The notes under the pieces: model-generated
Seen by the model: the letters and a program-made list of their open reading frames with translations, nothing else
The model's database searches: none
Told to the model about the DNA's origin: nothing
Translations under genes and position numbers: made by a program
Shown: piece after piece, positions 19,589-28,172 of the stretch
Layout: the number at the start of each line of letters is the position of its first letter
Position numbering within the stretch: the first letter of the stretch is position 1
DNA from: Candidatus Shapirobacteria bacterium
GTDB taxonomy: Bacteria > Patescibacteriota > Microgenomatia > UBA12405
Assembly (NCBI GenBank): GCA_022837635.1
Contig: JALHFY010000001.1
Span: forward strand, 160,136-224,135
Length of the DNA stretch: 64,000 nt
Direction: 5' to 3'

Positions 19589-19700
19589 TGGATAGAGCGG
19601 TCCGATGTTCATCGGACAGGTCGTGGCTCGATTACAATTTGATTAGCTCAGCTGGATAGAGCGGTCCGATGTTCATCGGACAGGTCGTGGCTCGATTACA
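19589..19700 (+). repeat. Two identical 48-bp tRNA-Arg-derived direct repeats with an internal palindrome
   Basis: TGGATAGAGCGGTCCGATGTTCATCGGACAGGTCGTGGCTCGATTACA at 19589-19636 and 19653-19700. Confidence 0.92.
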
Positions 19701-19712
19701 GTCTGAGTTTCT

Positions 19713-19789
19713 GTCCCCATAGCTCAGCTGGATAGAGCGCCTCCCTTCTAAGGAGGAGGTCGTTGGTTCGATTCCAACTGGGGATACCA
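19713..19789 (+). tRNA. tRNA-Arg(TCT)
   Basis: CCTCC-CTTCTAA-GGAGG; encoded CCA. Confidence 0.95.
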
Positions 19790-19792
19790 GGG

Positions 19793-19864
19793 GCGCCCAT
19801 AGCTCAATGGATAGAGTACTAGTCTTCGGAACTAGTGATGGGGGTTCGATTCCCTCTGGGCGTA
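19793..19864 (+). tRNA. tRNA-Arg(TCG)
   Basis: CTAGT-CTTCGGA-ACTAG. Confidence 0.93.
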
Positions 19865-19875
19865 CTTGACAATTT

Positions 19876-19947
19876 GGGTCCTTAGCTCAGTGGTAGAGCA
19901 GTCGCCTCTTAAGCGATTGGTCGCGAGTCCGAATCTCGCAGGACCCA
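19876..19947 (+). tRNA. tRNA-Lys(CTT)
   Basis: GTCGC-CTCTTAA-GCGAT; T-loop TCCGAAT. Confidence 0.95.
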
Positions 19948-19970
19948 CAATATATATGTTATATTTAGTT

Positions 19971-21056
19971 ATGAAGAGTATAAAAAGTTTGATAATGGGA
20001 CTATTGATGATGTTAGTTGTTTCCAGACCGGTTATGGCACTGGGGCCTCAGGTTGAAGAGTTATTCACCGCTGGTGATAATGTGGTGAAGACGGGATTAA
20101 TTGAAGGTAGTGTTTTTAATGCAGGTCGAAATTTGAAGATTGATGCCATAGTAAAAGGCATAATGTTTGCGGCGGGAGAAAATCTGTTGATTGAAGGTGA
20201 AAGTGAATATTTATTTGTCGCTGGTCGAATGCTGAATGTGACTCAAAAAATAGAAAAGGATTTGTTTGCCGCAGGACAAAGTTTAATTTTTGATCAAGAA
20301 GAAGTAGGTAGAGATGCTTATCTGGCAGGAGAAAATGTTAATTTTGACGGAAAAATAAATAGAAATTTGTTTATTGGTGCTAAAAACGCTTCCATTTCCG
20401 GTGTTGTTAAAGGAGATGTAACTTTGGGGGTGGAAAAAGCGACGATTGCTGAAGGAACAGTGATTGAAGGAACTTTGAAATATAATGACAATGCCAGATT
20501 GAATATGGCTGATGGAGTGGAGATTGTCGGAGGTGAAAACACTTACAAGGCTCCAGAAATGGAAAAGAGAGAAGTAACTGAGAGAGAAAAGGTAGTTGGT
20601 AAAATTGGGGGATATTTACTTAAAGTAGTTACCGCTTTAACTTTTGCTTTGATGTTATGGTGGTTATTTCCGCAAATTTTTAAGAGCTTAGAAAAGCAAA
20701 ACTTACCCTTGACCTCGTCTTCTTTTGGAAAAAAAGTTGCTACCGGGTTACTGGTTTTGTTATTAACTCCCCTGCTGGCTTTGTTTATGTTAATAACTGT
20801 TGTTGGAATACCAGTATCATTGCTACTGATAACAGTTTACGGATTTGCGATGTTTGCGGCACAGATTTTTGTGGGTTATTTATTGGGAGCAGTATTGCGT
20901 CAAAATAAAAACAAGAAGTGGTTAAATTTAGTGGCAGGAATCATGTTATTAGTGTTTTTGAAAATGTTACCAATGGTGGGTGGATTTATTTCTATGTTGA
21001 GTTTGTTGTGGGGATTGGGAATTCAATACCGACTGTTATTACCGAAAAAAGCCTAA
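19971..21056 (+). CDS. Beta-helix (bactofilin/polymer-forming-like) repeat membrane protein
   Basis: Signal peptide, repeated (F/L)xAGxxLxI units, C-terminal TM bundle; true start at 19971. Confidence 0.75.
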   Translation: MKSIKSLIMGLLMMLVVSRPVMALGPQVEELFTAGDNVVKTGLIEGSVFNAGRNLKIDAIVKGIMFAAGENLLIEGESEYLFVAGRMLNVTQKIEKDLFAAGQSLIFDQEEVGRDAYLAGENVNFDGKINRNLFIGAKNASISGVVKGDVTLGVEKATIAEGTVIEGTLKYNDNARLNMADGVEIVGGENTYKAPEMEKREVTEREKVVGKIGGYLLKVVTALTFALMLWWLFPQIFKSLEKQNLPLTSSSFGKKVATGLLVLLLTPLLALFMLITVVGIPVSLLLITVYGFAMFAAQIFVGYLLGAVLRQNKNKKWLNLVAGIMLLVFLKMLPMVGGFISMLSLLWGLGIQYRLLLPKKA

Positions 21057-22409
21057 AATTCGGTTTTTGAGTTGACTAAGAAAACTATCTTTAGGGTGGT
21101 AGAGACTGGAATTAGGATTAAGAGCTTGGATAGGATATTCAGGTGTATCTTGCCATTTGAGGTAGGTGTTTTCTAGATAGGAGTCGATGGTGAAAGTAAA
21201 ATTGAGTTTTTGAATTCTACCCGGTTGGGTTAATTGGGTGTCGGTACAGAGATTTTGGGTGCTAATGTTGGGGGAACTTTCATTGTTGAGACAAAGTTGT
21301 GTTTCACCCCAAATAGATTGACCGGTGTTTTTTAAGTGAATATTGCCGTGTTGAGTTTTTTGACTAAAAATTAACAAAGGGAGATTAAGACGATAAACTT
21401 CAAAAGCGGTAATTTGTTGAGGATGATTTTTCTTTTTAGGGAGGTCAATAATGGCTTGATATTCGGGGTAGAGACTACCGTCTTTTTTCAGCCAGGAAAA
21501 ATGATCAAAAGGGTAATCGGGATAATTATAGATAAAAGGAGTGACAGCTTTGACGCGGGTATCCTGATCCCAAATGTTTAGAGCTTGCTGGAGGAATTCA
21601 GCACTGGTTTTAACAGTGTAATAGCGGTTGTTTTTAGAAACGCCCTCGCGGTGAGGCCAGCCGGTTTCGGTAATAAAAACCGGATAAGTTTTATTAATAC
21701 CTAAATTTTTAATGAAATTTAATTCCCAAGCATAACCTTTGATAGAGTGGGCATGTTGGTCACCGGGTAGACCAACGAAGCCATAATTAGGATAAGAGTG
21801 AGAGGTCAGACCATCAAAACTGTCAAAATATTGAGGATTGTACTGATAGATTTGACGATAAACATTGGCAGCCGAGAGACTGAGAGGTGGGTTTTGAGGA
21901 GCGGCGAGATCCAGAGGTGAAGAAAGAATGAAAAAATTTGGATTAAGACTTTTGAATTTTTGAGAGGTGTAAATAAAAAGGTTGGTAAAAGTTTTAATAT
22001 CAACTTCCCCACCCCATTCCTTGGCATGATTTACTTCATTAAAAGGTATGATATATTGCGGTATCATCGGCCAATTAAGAGAGTTAAGAAAGATAGCCAG
22101 TTGATCGATATTGTCAGTGGTGGGGATTTTCCAGGAGTTATTTTCCATGACAGTGGCCAGACGAATGATAGGAATGATATGAAGTTGACGGCACTTATTA
22201 AAAAAATCTTGCCAAACATTTTTATCCAACTGATCACCTCTGATGGTAATGGTGGCGTAACCCCAATCACCACCGGAACTGTTGATAATGGTGGCGGCTT
22301 GATCAATATCACTGGGTTGGGTTAGGTGAAGTCCGAAGGAATTAAAGTCAGATGCTAAAATAGGCTGAGGAGAGAGAAAAAAAAGCAATAAAAGAATCAG
22401 CCAAAACAT
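21039..22409 (-). CDS. Secreted clan GH-A glycoside hydrolase with C-terminal Ig-like domain
   Basis: Signal MFWLILLL; FNEVN, HSYP and ITETGW motifs. Confidence 0.75.
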   Translation of the reverse strand: MFWLILLLLFFLSPQPILASDFNSFGLHLTQPSDIDQAATIINSSGGDWGYATITIRGDQLDKNVWQDFFNKCRQLHIIPIIRLATVMENNSWKIPTTDNIDQLAIFLNSLNWPMIPQYIIPFNEVNHAKEWGGEVDIKTFTNLFIYTSQKFKSLNPNFFILSSPLDLAAPQNPPLSLSAANVYRQIYQYNPQYFDSFDGLTSHSYPNYGFVGLPGDQHAHSIKGYAWELNFIKNLGINKTYPVFITETGWPHREGVSKNNRYYTVKTSAEFLQQALNIWDQDTRVKAVTPFIYNYPDYPFDHFSWLKKDGSLYPEYQAIIDLPKKKNHPQQITAFEVYRLNLPLLIFSQKTQHGNIHLKNTGQSIWGETQLCLNNESSPNISTQNLCTDTQLTQPGRIQKLNFTFTIDSYLENTYLKWQDTPEYPIQALNPNSSLYHPKDSFLSQLKNRILGFFR

Positions 22410-22427
22410 ATCTTTATATTCTAACAA

Positions 22428-23513
22428 ATGAACAAAGAAGAAATTATTAAAATGAAGATAGCCCGGGTAGAAAAAGAGATCCGGGAGACACCTTATGATA
22501 AAAGCAGTGAACATCATCATGGGGTATTGAAAGCAAAGTTGTCAAAATTAAGAGATGAATTGGAAGGAGGAATAAATCGAGGTGGCGGTGGTGGCGGGGT
22601 CGGTTATGCGATTAAACATTCAGGAGATGCATCGGTGGTGTTAGTAGGACTGCCTAGTGTAGGTAAATCAACTTTATTAAATGCTTTGACCAATGCCGAA
22701 TCAAAGGTGGGAAATTATGATTTTACAACTTTGGGAGTGGTTCCGGGAATGATGGAATATAAGGGAGTAAAAATTCAGATTTTAGATTTACCGGGGATTA
22801 TTGAAGGGGCGGCGGGAGGTAAGGGTTTTGGAAAAAAGGTGTTGTCGGTTATCAGAGCTTCGGATTTAGTGGTACTGATGGTGGATGCAAAGAGGACAGA
22901 TTGGTTATCAAAGGTGAAAGAAGAATTGGAAGAATCGGGAATTAGGTTAAACAAGAAACCGCCGAAGATGTTGGTACATCGGACTCATAAAGGCGGTTTA
23001 CAGATTATCGATCCACACCATAGTTTTGATAAGAAAATAATGACGGAAATTGCTGAAGAAATGGGATTGGGAAATGCGGTGATTCAAATTGGAGAGAAAA
23101 TTAATATTGATCAATTCATTGATGCTTTGAGTCGATCCAGAACTTATTTACCAATGGTGGCAGTGGTGACGAAGATAGATGAGAATAAAAAACTTAAAAA
23201 AGAAGCAGGGATTATTTATATGAGTGCCGTCAAAGGTATTGGAATTGAAGAGTTTAAGGAAAAGGTATGGGAAGGTTTAGGGTTGGTGAGGGTTTATCTA
23301 AAAAGAGAAAGAAGTGGTCAGGCGGATAAGAAAAAACCTTTGATTATGAAATCAGGCAAAAATTTAGATGATGTCTTAAAAAGAGTGTCTAAAGAGATGA
23401 GAGACGATGTCAGTCGAGCGTGTATTTGGGGTAAAAAGGCTCGTTTTCCCGGACAGGAGGTTAGTTTTAATTTTGAGGTGTTTGATGAGATGGAAGTGTG
23501 GTTTGGGAGGTAA
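22428..23513 (+). CDS. DRG-subfamily OBG GTPase with TGS domain
   Basis: N-terminal EIRETPYDKSSEHH..LKAKLSKLR; GLPSVGKST, YDFTT, DLPG, TKID. Confidence 0.9.
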   Translation: MNKEEIIKMKIARVEKEIRETPYDKSSEHHHGVLKAKLSKLRDELEGGINRGGGGGGVGYAIKHSGDASVVLVGLPSVGKSTLLNALTNAESKVGNYDFTTLGVVPGMMEYKGVKIQILDLPGIIEGAAGGKGFGKKVLSVIRASDLVVLMVDAKRTDWLSKVKEELEESGIRLNKKPPKMLVHRTHKGGLQIIDPHHSFDKKIMTEIAEEMGLGNAVIQIGEKINIDQFIDALSRSRTYLPMVAVVTKIDENKKLKKEAGIIYMSAVKGIGIEEFKEKVWEGLGLVRVYLKRERSGQADKKKPLIMKSGKNLDDVLKRVSKEMRDDVSRACIWGKKARFPGQEVSFNFEVFDEMEVWFGR

Positions 23514-24549
23514 GGGAGCGAATTTTTTGAGAACGGGTTTTAAGAATTTCTTTACTGATTTTAGGTGAGAGGGTGAAGAGTTTTTGGGCGGCAGTGTTGG
23601 GACGGGGAGAATAACGGAAAACATGAATTTTTTGAAAAGAAATTTGTTGACAGAGATTGAAGGTTTCAAGAAAGTTGGTTTCAGTTTCGGTAGGAAAACC
23701 GACGATAATGTCGGTGCCGAAAGTAAACCCTCCCCCATCCCCTCCCTTGACAGGGTGGGGAGCATTAATGGATTTTAAGAGAGTAAATTTATCTAAAATG
23801 ATTTTGCGAGTGTAGGGGCGGCGCATGAGTTTTAGGATTTTGTCAGAACCTGATTGAATAGGGATATGTAAAAAATTGGAAATTCGAGAAGGATATTTTT
23901 TAAGCAAAGTAATGAATTGTTGGTCGATACAATTAACAGGAATCGAACCGAAAGAAATTAATTTAACATCAGTTTCTGTCAAAATTTTTTCTAGGAGATT
24001 GGAGAGACCGGGAGTGTATTGGTCTAAATTGACACCGGTAATAATCACTTCTTGATAACCGTCATTGATAGCTTTTTTAACCGTATTTAAGGCGGTTTTT
24101 ATGGGTAGTGACCAGAGGTAATTACGGGTATAGGGAACAGTACAATAACTGCAAAAATGGGTGCAACCGGATTGGATTTTAAGAAGAAAGCGGTGAGTGT
24201 GAGAAAATTTGTCGGCGATTTGAGGAGTGTAACTGGAGTGAAGTTTTTGGAGTAAAGTTTCTTTTTGAGAATTGGTTAAAATTTTAAGATTTTTTTTATT
24301 TTTTAAGTTTTTTAGAGAAGCACAACCAGAAATAATAATTTGGGCTTGAGGATATTTTTTTTGTAGTCGACGGATGAGACCAAGAGATTCAGTATTGGCT
24401 TTTTTGGTGACAGAACAGGTATTGATAAAAATCAGATCAGGGTTAGTGGTAGTTGGTTGATAATTTTTATCAATGAGTTTTTGGGCAAAAAGATTACTCT
24501 CGGCAGCATTAACTCGGCAACCGAGATTAAAGATTTGAAAGGTTTTCAT
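23467..24549 (-). CDS. MiaB/MtaB-family radical SAM methylthiotransferase (no TRAM domain)
   Basis: GCRVN, NTCSVT, SGC, GCTHFCSYC, HIPIQSGSD, DIIVGFP, YSPRPNT. Confidence 0.9.
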   Translation of the reverse strand: MKTFQIFNLGCRVNAAESNLFAQKLIDKNYQPTTTNPDLIFINTCSVTKKANTESLGLIRRLQKKYPQAQIIISGCASLKNLKNKKNLKILTNSQKETLLQKLHSSYTPQIADKFSHTHRFLLKIQSGCTHFCSYCTVPYTRNYLWSLPIKTALNTVKKAINDGYQEVIITGVNLDQYTPGLSNLLEKILTETDVKLISFGSIPVNCIDQQFITLLKKYPSRISNFLHIPIQSGSDKILKLMRRPYTRKIILDKFTLLKSINAPHPVKGGDGGGFTFGTDIIVGFPTETETNFLETFNLCQQISFQKIHVFRYSPRPNTAAQKLFTLSPKISKEILKTRSQKIRSLTSQTTLPSHQTPQN

Positions 24550-25418
24550 TTTCGAGGATGGGTATTAACAAAATCACGAATATAGTCTAAGACATTCAAA
24601 GTAGTATTCCAGCCTAATTCTTGTCGAGCTTTATTGGGGCCAGTATCTGATTCTCGACGACCGGGATCGTTATTGATGTATTCAATGGGTCCACCAAAGG
24701 CTTGAGCAATTTCAATAATTGAATAAGTGTGAGGATTGGCTAGAGTGTAGCCGTCCCCATGACCCTTTTGGGCGACTAAAATAGCTCCCTTGGCCAAATC
24801 CTCAACGTAAGTAAAATTTCTTTTTTGAGTTCCAGGTTTAGTGACGGTTAGGGGTTTATTTTGTAAATATAATTCTTGGAAACGGGCAATTAGAGTTGAG
24901 TAAGGACCAGTACCTTTTTCTCGAGGGCCAAAAGCATTGTAAAAATAACAGATAGCATAGGGCAAATTGTACCAACGGCCATAGTTGTTAATTAAATCAA
25001 CGTTGGTGGCTTTAGTAAAAGAGTAAGGAGTTTGGTGGCGACCATCACCTTCGATGGCAAATTTAGTACTGGAAGCGGTATAAAGCAGTTTTTTAACTTT
25101 TCTTTGGCGACAAAACTCAACTACAGCAAAGGTACCTAAAATATTTAAGTCATAAACTAGGGCTGGTTCATTAACTGAAGGGCTAACTCGGGCATATTCA
25201 CCTAAATGAAAGACGAGATCTGGATTTTCCGGGATTAATTTATCAATATCCTTGGTGTGACCACGGCGATAATCGACTCCGGGAAAGTGATTGGCTTCTG
25301 AGCCGTTGAAATAGTTATCAAGTGAGATGATTTTATTGTCACTATCTTTGATTAGTTCTTCGATAATATGGGAAGCAATATGTCCGGCACCACCGGTGAC
25401 TAAAATCAATTTTGACAT
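24546..25418 (-). CDS. NAD-dependent epimerase/dehydratase
   Basis: TGGAGHIA, YSFTK (YxxxK), RNFTYVED. Confidence 0.92.
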   Translation of the reverse strand: MSKLILVTGGAGHIASHIIEELIKDSDNKIISLDNYFNGSEANHFPGVDYRRGHTKDIDKLIPENPDLVFHLGEYARVSPSVNEPALVYDLNILGTFAVVEFCRQRKVKKLLYTASSTKFAIEGDGRHQTPYSFTKATNVDLINNYGRWYNLPYAICYFYNAFGPREKGTGPYSTLIARFQELYLQNKPLTVTKPGTQKRNFTYVEDLAKGAILVAQKGHGDGYTLANPHTYSIIEIAQAFGGPIEYINNDPGRRESDTGPNKARQELGWNTTLNVLDYIRDFVNTHPRK

Positions 25419-25425
25419 AGAGTAA

Positions 25426-26511
25426 TTATAACTGAGAGTAGGTGTGACGGAGAGTTTCCATTAACTTTGAATAAAAACGAAGATTGTGGATAGTAGATAA
25501 ACGTAAAGCTGACATTTCTTTGATGCGGAAAAGGTGGGCCAAATAAGAACGGGAGTATTTTTGACATAAAAGACAATCACAAAATTCAGATACAGGACGA
25601 GGATCACGATAGTAAATATTTTTGTCGGGAACAAAGTATTCATAATCACTATAATCTTTGTTTTTGGTTATATAGAGACGTTTATGACGAGCATCACGAG
25701 TGGGTAGAACACAGTCAAAAATATTCCAACCTATTTTAACCAGATTTTCAATTTCATGAGGTTTACCGATACCTAAAGCGTAGAGAAAATAATTTTTGGG
25801 GGTATATTGGGCAATGACTTTGGCGACATCGTAGTTAAAAGTACCATCATTTTTCAGAGGCCAGCCACCATAACCCAGGCCGTCAAAGCCAATTTTGACC
25901 AGCTCTTGGGTGCAATATTGGCGCAGGTCAAGATATGGACCACCTTGAACAACACCCAAAAGATAGGGAGTTTCTTTTTTGGTCAGTTTCTTTTGTTTGA
26001 CTAATTGATTAAAAATTGTTTTACATTCCTGGGCCCATTGGAGGGTTCTCTTGACACTGATTTTGGCTTCATCGTAGGTGCTTTTGGGGTCGGTAAAATC
26101 ATCGAGAACAACGACCATGTCAGTTTTTAATTCTAGTTGAAGCTTGATGGACATTTCCGGAGTAAAGAGGATTTTTTTACTATCAAGTTTAAAAGTAACG
26201 CCTTTATCGGTGACTGAGTTTTTACCACCCAGACTTTTAGCCAGTGACATAACTTGAAAACCGCCAGAATCGGAGATGACTCCCCCACTCCAATTCATGT
26301 AGTTTCTAATTCCCTTAAAAAGTTTAATCACAGCAGTCCCGGGACTGTTATAGAGATGAAAAGTATTAACTAAAATACCTAAAGTATGGGTATTTTTTAT
26401 ATCTTCGGAGTCCAGAGTTTTGAGAACAGCTCGAGTGGCGTCAGGGAAAAATATAGGTAGAGGAATTTTTTGGCCGGTGATGGTTTTGAAAAATTGGGGA
26501 CGATTGGTCAT
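25426..26511 (-). CDS. tgt: tRNA-guanine transglycosylase
   Basis: NTFHL, DSGGFQ, VQGG, DCVLPTR, CDCLLC..HNL zinc site; start MTNRP. Confidence 0.93.
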   Translation of the reverse strand: MTNRPQFFKTITGQKIPLPIFFPDATRAVLKTLDSEDIKNTHTLGILVNTFHLYNSPGTAVIKLFKGIRNYMNWSGGVISDSGGFQVMSLAKSLGGKNSVTDKGVTFKLDSKKILFTPEMSIKLQLELKTDMVVVLDDFTDPKSTYDEAKISVKRTLQWAQECKTIFNQLVKQKKLTKKETPYLLGVVQGGPYLDLRQYCTQELVKIGFDGLGYGGWPLKNDGTFNYDVAKVIAQYTPKNYFLYALGIGKPHEIENLVKIGWNIFDCVLPTRDARHKRLYITKNKDYSDYEYFVPDKNIYYRDPRPVSEFCDCLLCQKYSRSYLAHLFRIKEMSALRLSTIHNLRFYSKLMETLRHTYSQL

Positions 26512-26522
26512 AGAATGAAGAG

Positions 26523-26596
26523 TCGGGGATACAGGATTCGAACCTGCAACCTCATGGTCCCAAACCATGCACGCTAGCCAATTGCGCCAATCCCCG
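26523..26596 (-). tRNA. tRNA-Pro(TGG)
   Basis: CATGG-TTTGGGA-CCATG. Confidence 0.95.
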
Positions 26597-26637
26597 CCTT
26601 TGTCCCGTAGCGACGGGACTTTGGCGGGTAAACCCGC
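26593..26637. repeat. GC-rich nested palindrome abutting the tRNA-Pro 5' end
   Basis: CCCGCC-TTT-GTCCCGT-AGCG-ACGGGAC-TTT-GGCGGG, overlapped by GCGGGT-AA-ACCCGC. Confidence 0.7.
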
Positions 26638-26668
26638 ATTAGCTAGTGCCCGAAGCATACGGAAAGGG

Positions 26669-26753
26669 TGCCGCTGGCGGGACTTGAACCCACACGCTTG
26701 TTGAGAGCACAAGATTTTAAGTCTTGCGTGTATACCGATTTCACCACAGCGGC
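26669..26753 (-). tRNA. tRNA-Leu(TAA)
   Basis: CAAGA-CTTAAAA-TCTTG; long variable arm. Confidence 0.95.
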
Positions 26754-26765
26754 TGGTGTAGTTCG

Positions 26766-26839
26766 TGGAGCGGGTAGAGGGAATCGGACCCTCGCCGAAA
26801 GATTGGAAATCTTTAGTTCTACCACTAAACTATACCCGC
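26766..26839 (-). tRNA. tRNA-Gly(TCC)
   Basis: AAAGA-TTTCCAA-TCTTT; T-loop TCCGATT; CCA. Confidence 0.95.
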
Positions 26840-26880
26840 GTAGAGTTATTTTAGCAGATTTAAGGTAAAATATGGTGTTT

Positions 26881-26968
26881 GCCGTCGTGTTGGAATTGGT
26901 AGACAAGCACGTCTCAGAAGCGTGTCCCGTTAGACGGGGTGGAGGTTCAAATCCTCTCGACGGCACCA
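26881..26968 (+). tRNA. tRNA-Leu(CAG)
   Basis: CACGT-CTCAGAA-GCGTG; CCA. Confidence 0.95.
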
Positions 26969-26998
26969 AGGCTTAAAAATTTGCTAAAATAGCCTTAC

Positions 26999-27071
26999 GC
27001 CGAAGTAGCCAAGGTGGTCACGGCACTGGTCTGAAAAACCTGGGATATTGGTTCGACTCCAATCTTCGGCA
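26999..27071 (+). tRNA. tRNA-Phe(GAA)
   Basis: CTGGT-CTGAAAA-ACCTG (one U-U mismatch). Confidence 0.92.
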
Positions 27072-27151
27072 CTAACGTAATGAATGTTGTACAATTCATT
27101 ACGTTGCTTCTGATTTAAGACAACGTTAAATTACGAAGCAGTTTTTACGTT

Positions 27152-27224
<73 letters not shown>

Positions 27225-27268
27225 CAGAGATGTTTGATATGAAATAGATGTGTTTGATATAATTTGGT

Positions 27269-27838
27269 ATGAGCAGGACAAGAGAAATATTGGAACGTTA
27301 TGGGTTAAATAAGATACCAATAGAGAGGAAAGTTGGAGAGACAAAATTATGGCCGAGGTTTGAGAAGGTCAGACAGGTGGTATTAGAAACTACAAAGCAT
27401 GATTGTGAAGGTATCAAAAGAACAATCAAGACACAGAGTTGGGATGGAGAGGATCGTGGAATATATGACCATATTGGAACTATTTGTGGTACTTTAAATA
27501 ATATTGATGTCAACCTAAATATCAAAGGTATTACTTATAATAGAAAATTAAATGGAGTGTTTGATGGTGTCAATGATTGGACTATCATGAATTCTTATGG
27601 TCGTGTGTTAAAGATTTGGGGTACTTTTAAGTCAGCTGATGGACGGATTGGTTGTTTAGAAATAAATAAAGAAAATTATCAAGATTATGAAGCTTATTGG
27701 TTGCAAACGGAGGGAAAAGAACTAAGACTAGAACAATTGATTCAGAGTGGAAAGGTTTTTAATGCAGTAGATTTTGGAATAAATCGTAATAAAATTGAGG
27801 TTGAAGGTGTATCATTTCCGTTCATTAAGTCTTTTTGA
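27269..27838 (+). CDS. Hypothetical protein between tRNA genes
   Basis: 189 aa; TGaTATAAT 5 nt upstream. Confidence 0.65.
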   Translation: MSRTREILERYGLNKIPIERKVGETKLWPRFEKVRQVVLETTKHDCEGIKRTIKTQSWDGEDRGIYDHIGTICGTLNNIDVNLNIKGITYNRKLNGVFDGVNDWTIMNSYGRVLKIWGTFKSADGRIGCLEINKENYQDYEAYWLQTEGKELRLEQLIQSGKVFNAVDFGINRNKIEVEGVSFPFIKSF

Positions 27839-27866
27839 GAATAAGTTATAATATCTCATTGTTTTT

Positions 27867-27939
27867 GGCTGTTTAGCTCAGTTGGTAGAGCACATCGTTT
27901 ACATCGATGGTGTCGGGGGTCCGAGTCCCTCAACAGCCA
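27867..27939 (+). tRNA. tRNA-Val(TAC)
   Basis: CATCG-TTTACAT-CGATG; T-loop TCCGAGT. Confidence 0.95.
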
Positions 27940-27974
27940 CATCTAGGGTATAATATGGAGCTCTTTGAAAATCT

Positions 27975-28059
27975 GCCGACGTGGTGAAATTGGTATACAC
28001 GTACGCTTGAGGTGCGTATGGAGCAATCCGTGGAGGTTCAAGTCCTCTCGTCGGCACCA
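27975..28059 (+). tRNA. tRNA-Leu(GAG)
   Basis: TACGC-TTGAGGT-GCGTA; CCA. Confidence 0.95.
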
Positions 28060-28060
28060 C

Positions 28061-28112
28061 TGCCCTGTCGTCCTGCCTCATCGGCAGGTCGCCGAAGAGG
28101 CGACTAATGGTA
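28061..28112 (+). pseudogene. Duplicated 5' fragment of tRNA-Gln interrupted by two palindromes
   Basis: TGCCCTGTCGTC + 32-nt insert + TAATGGTA, versus the intact TGCCCTGTCGTCTAATGGTA at 28173. Confidence 0.8.
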
Positions 28113-28172
28113 TTAAGAATAAAATGGTAGAGAAGTTTTGAAAGATAAGATAAAATATGGTCTGATGGACTT

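Noticed and set aside
19600-19617. TCA in the replaced arm as an opal/Sec anticodon
   Set aside because: The loop would be 8 nt and self-pairing, the units lack an acceptor stem, and TGA ends several core genes normally.
19589-19700. 48-bp direct repeats with a palindrome as a CRISPR array
   Set aside because: Only two units, a 16-nt spacer that is partly tRNA sequence, clear tRNA-Arg origin, and no cas genes in the window.
26512-26969. ORF extensions and short ORFs over tRNA clusters (also 19410-19508, 19866-19970, 27899-28081, 41713-41799, 48861-49094)
   Set aside because: They are translations of tRNA genes; true starts were reassigned.
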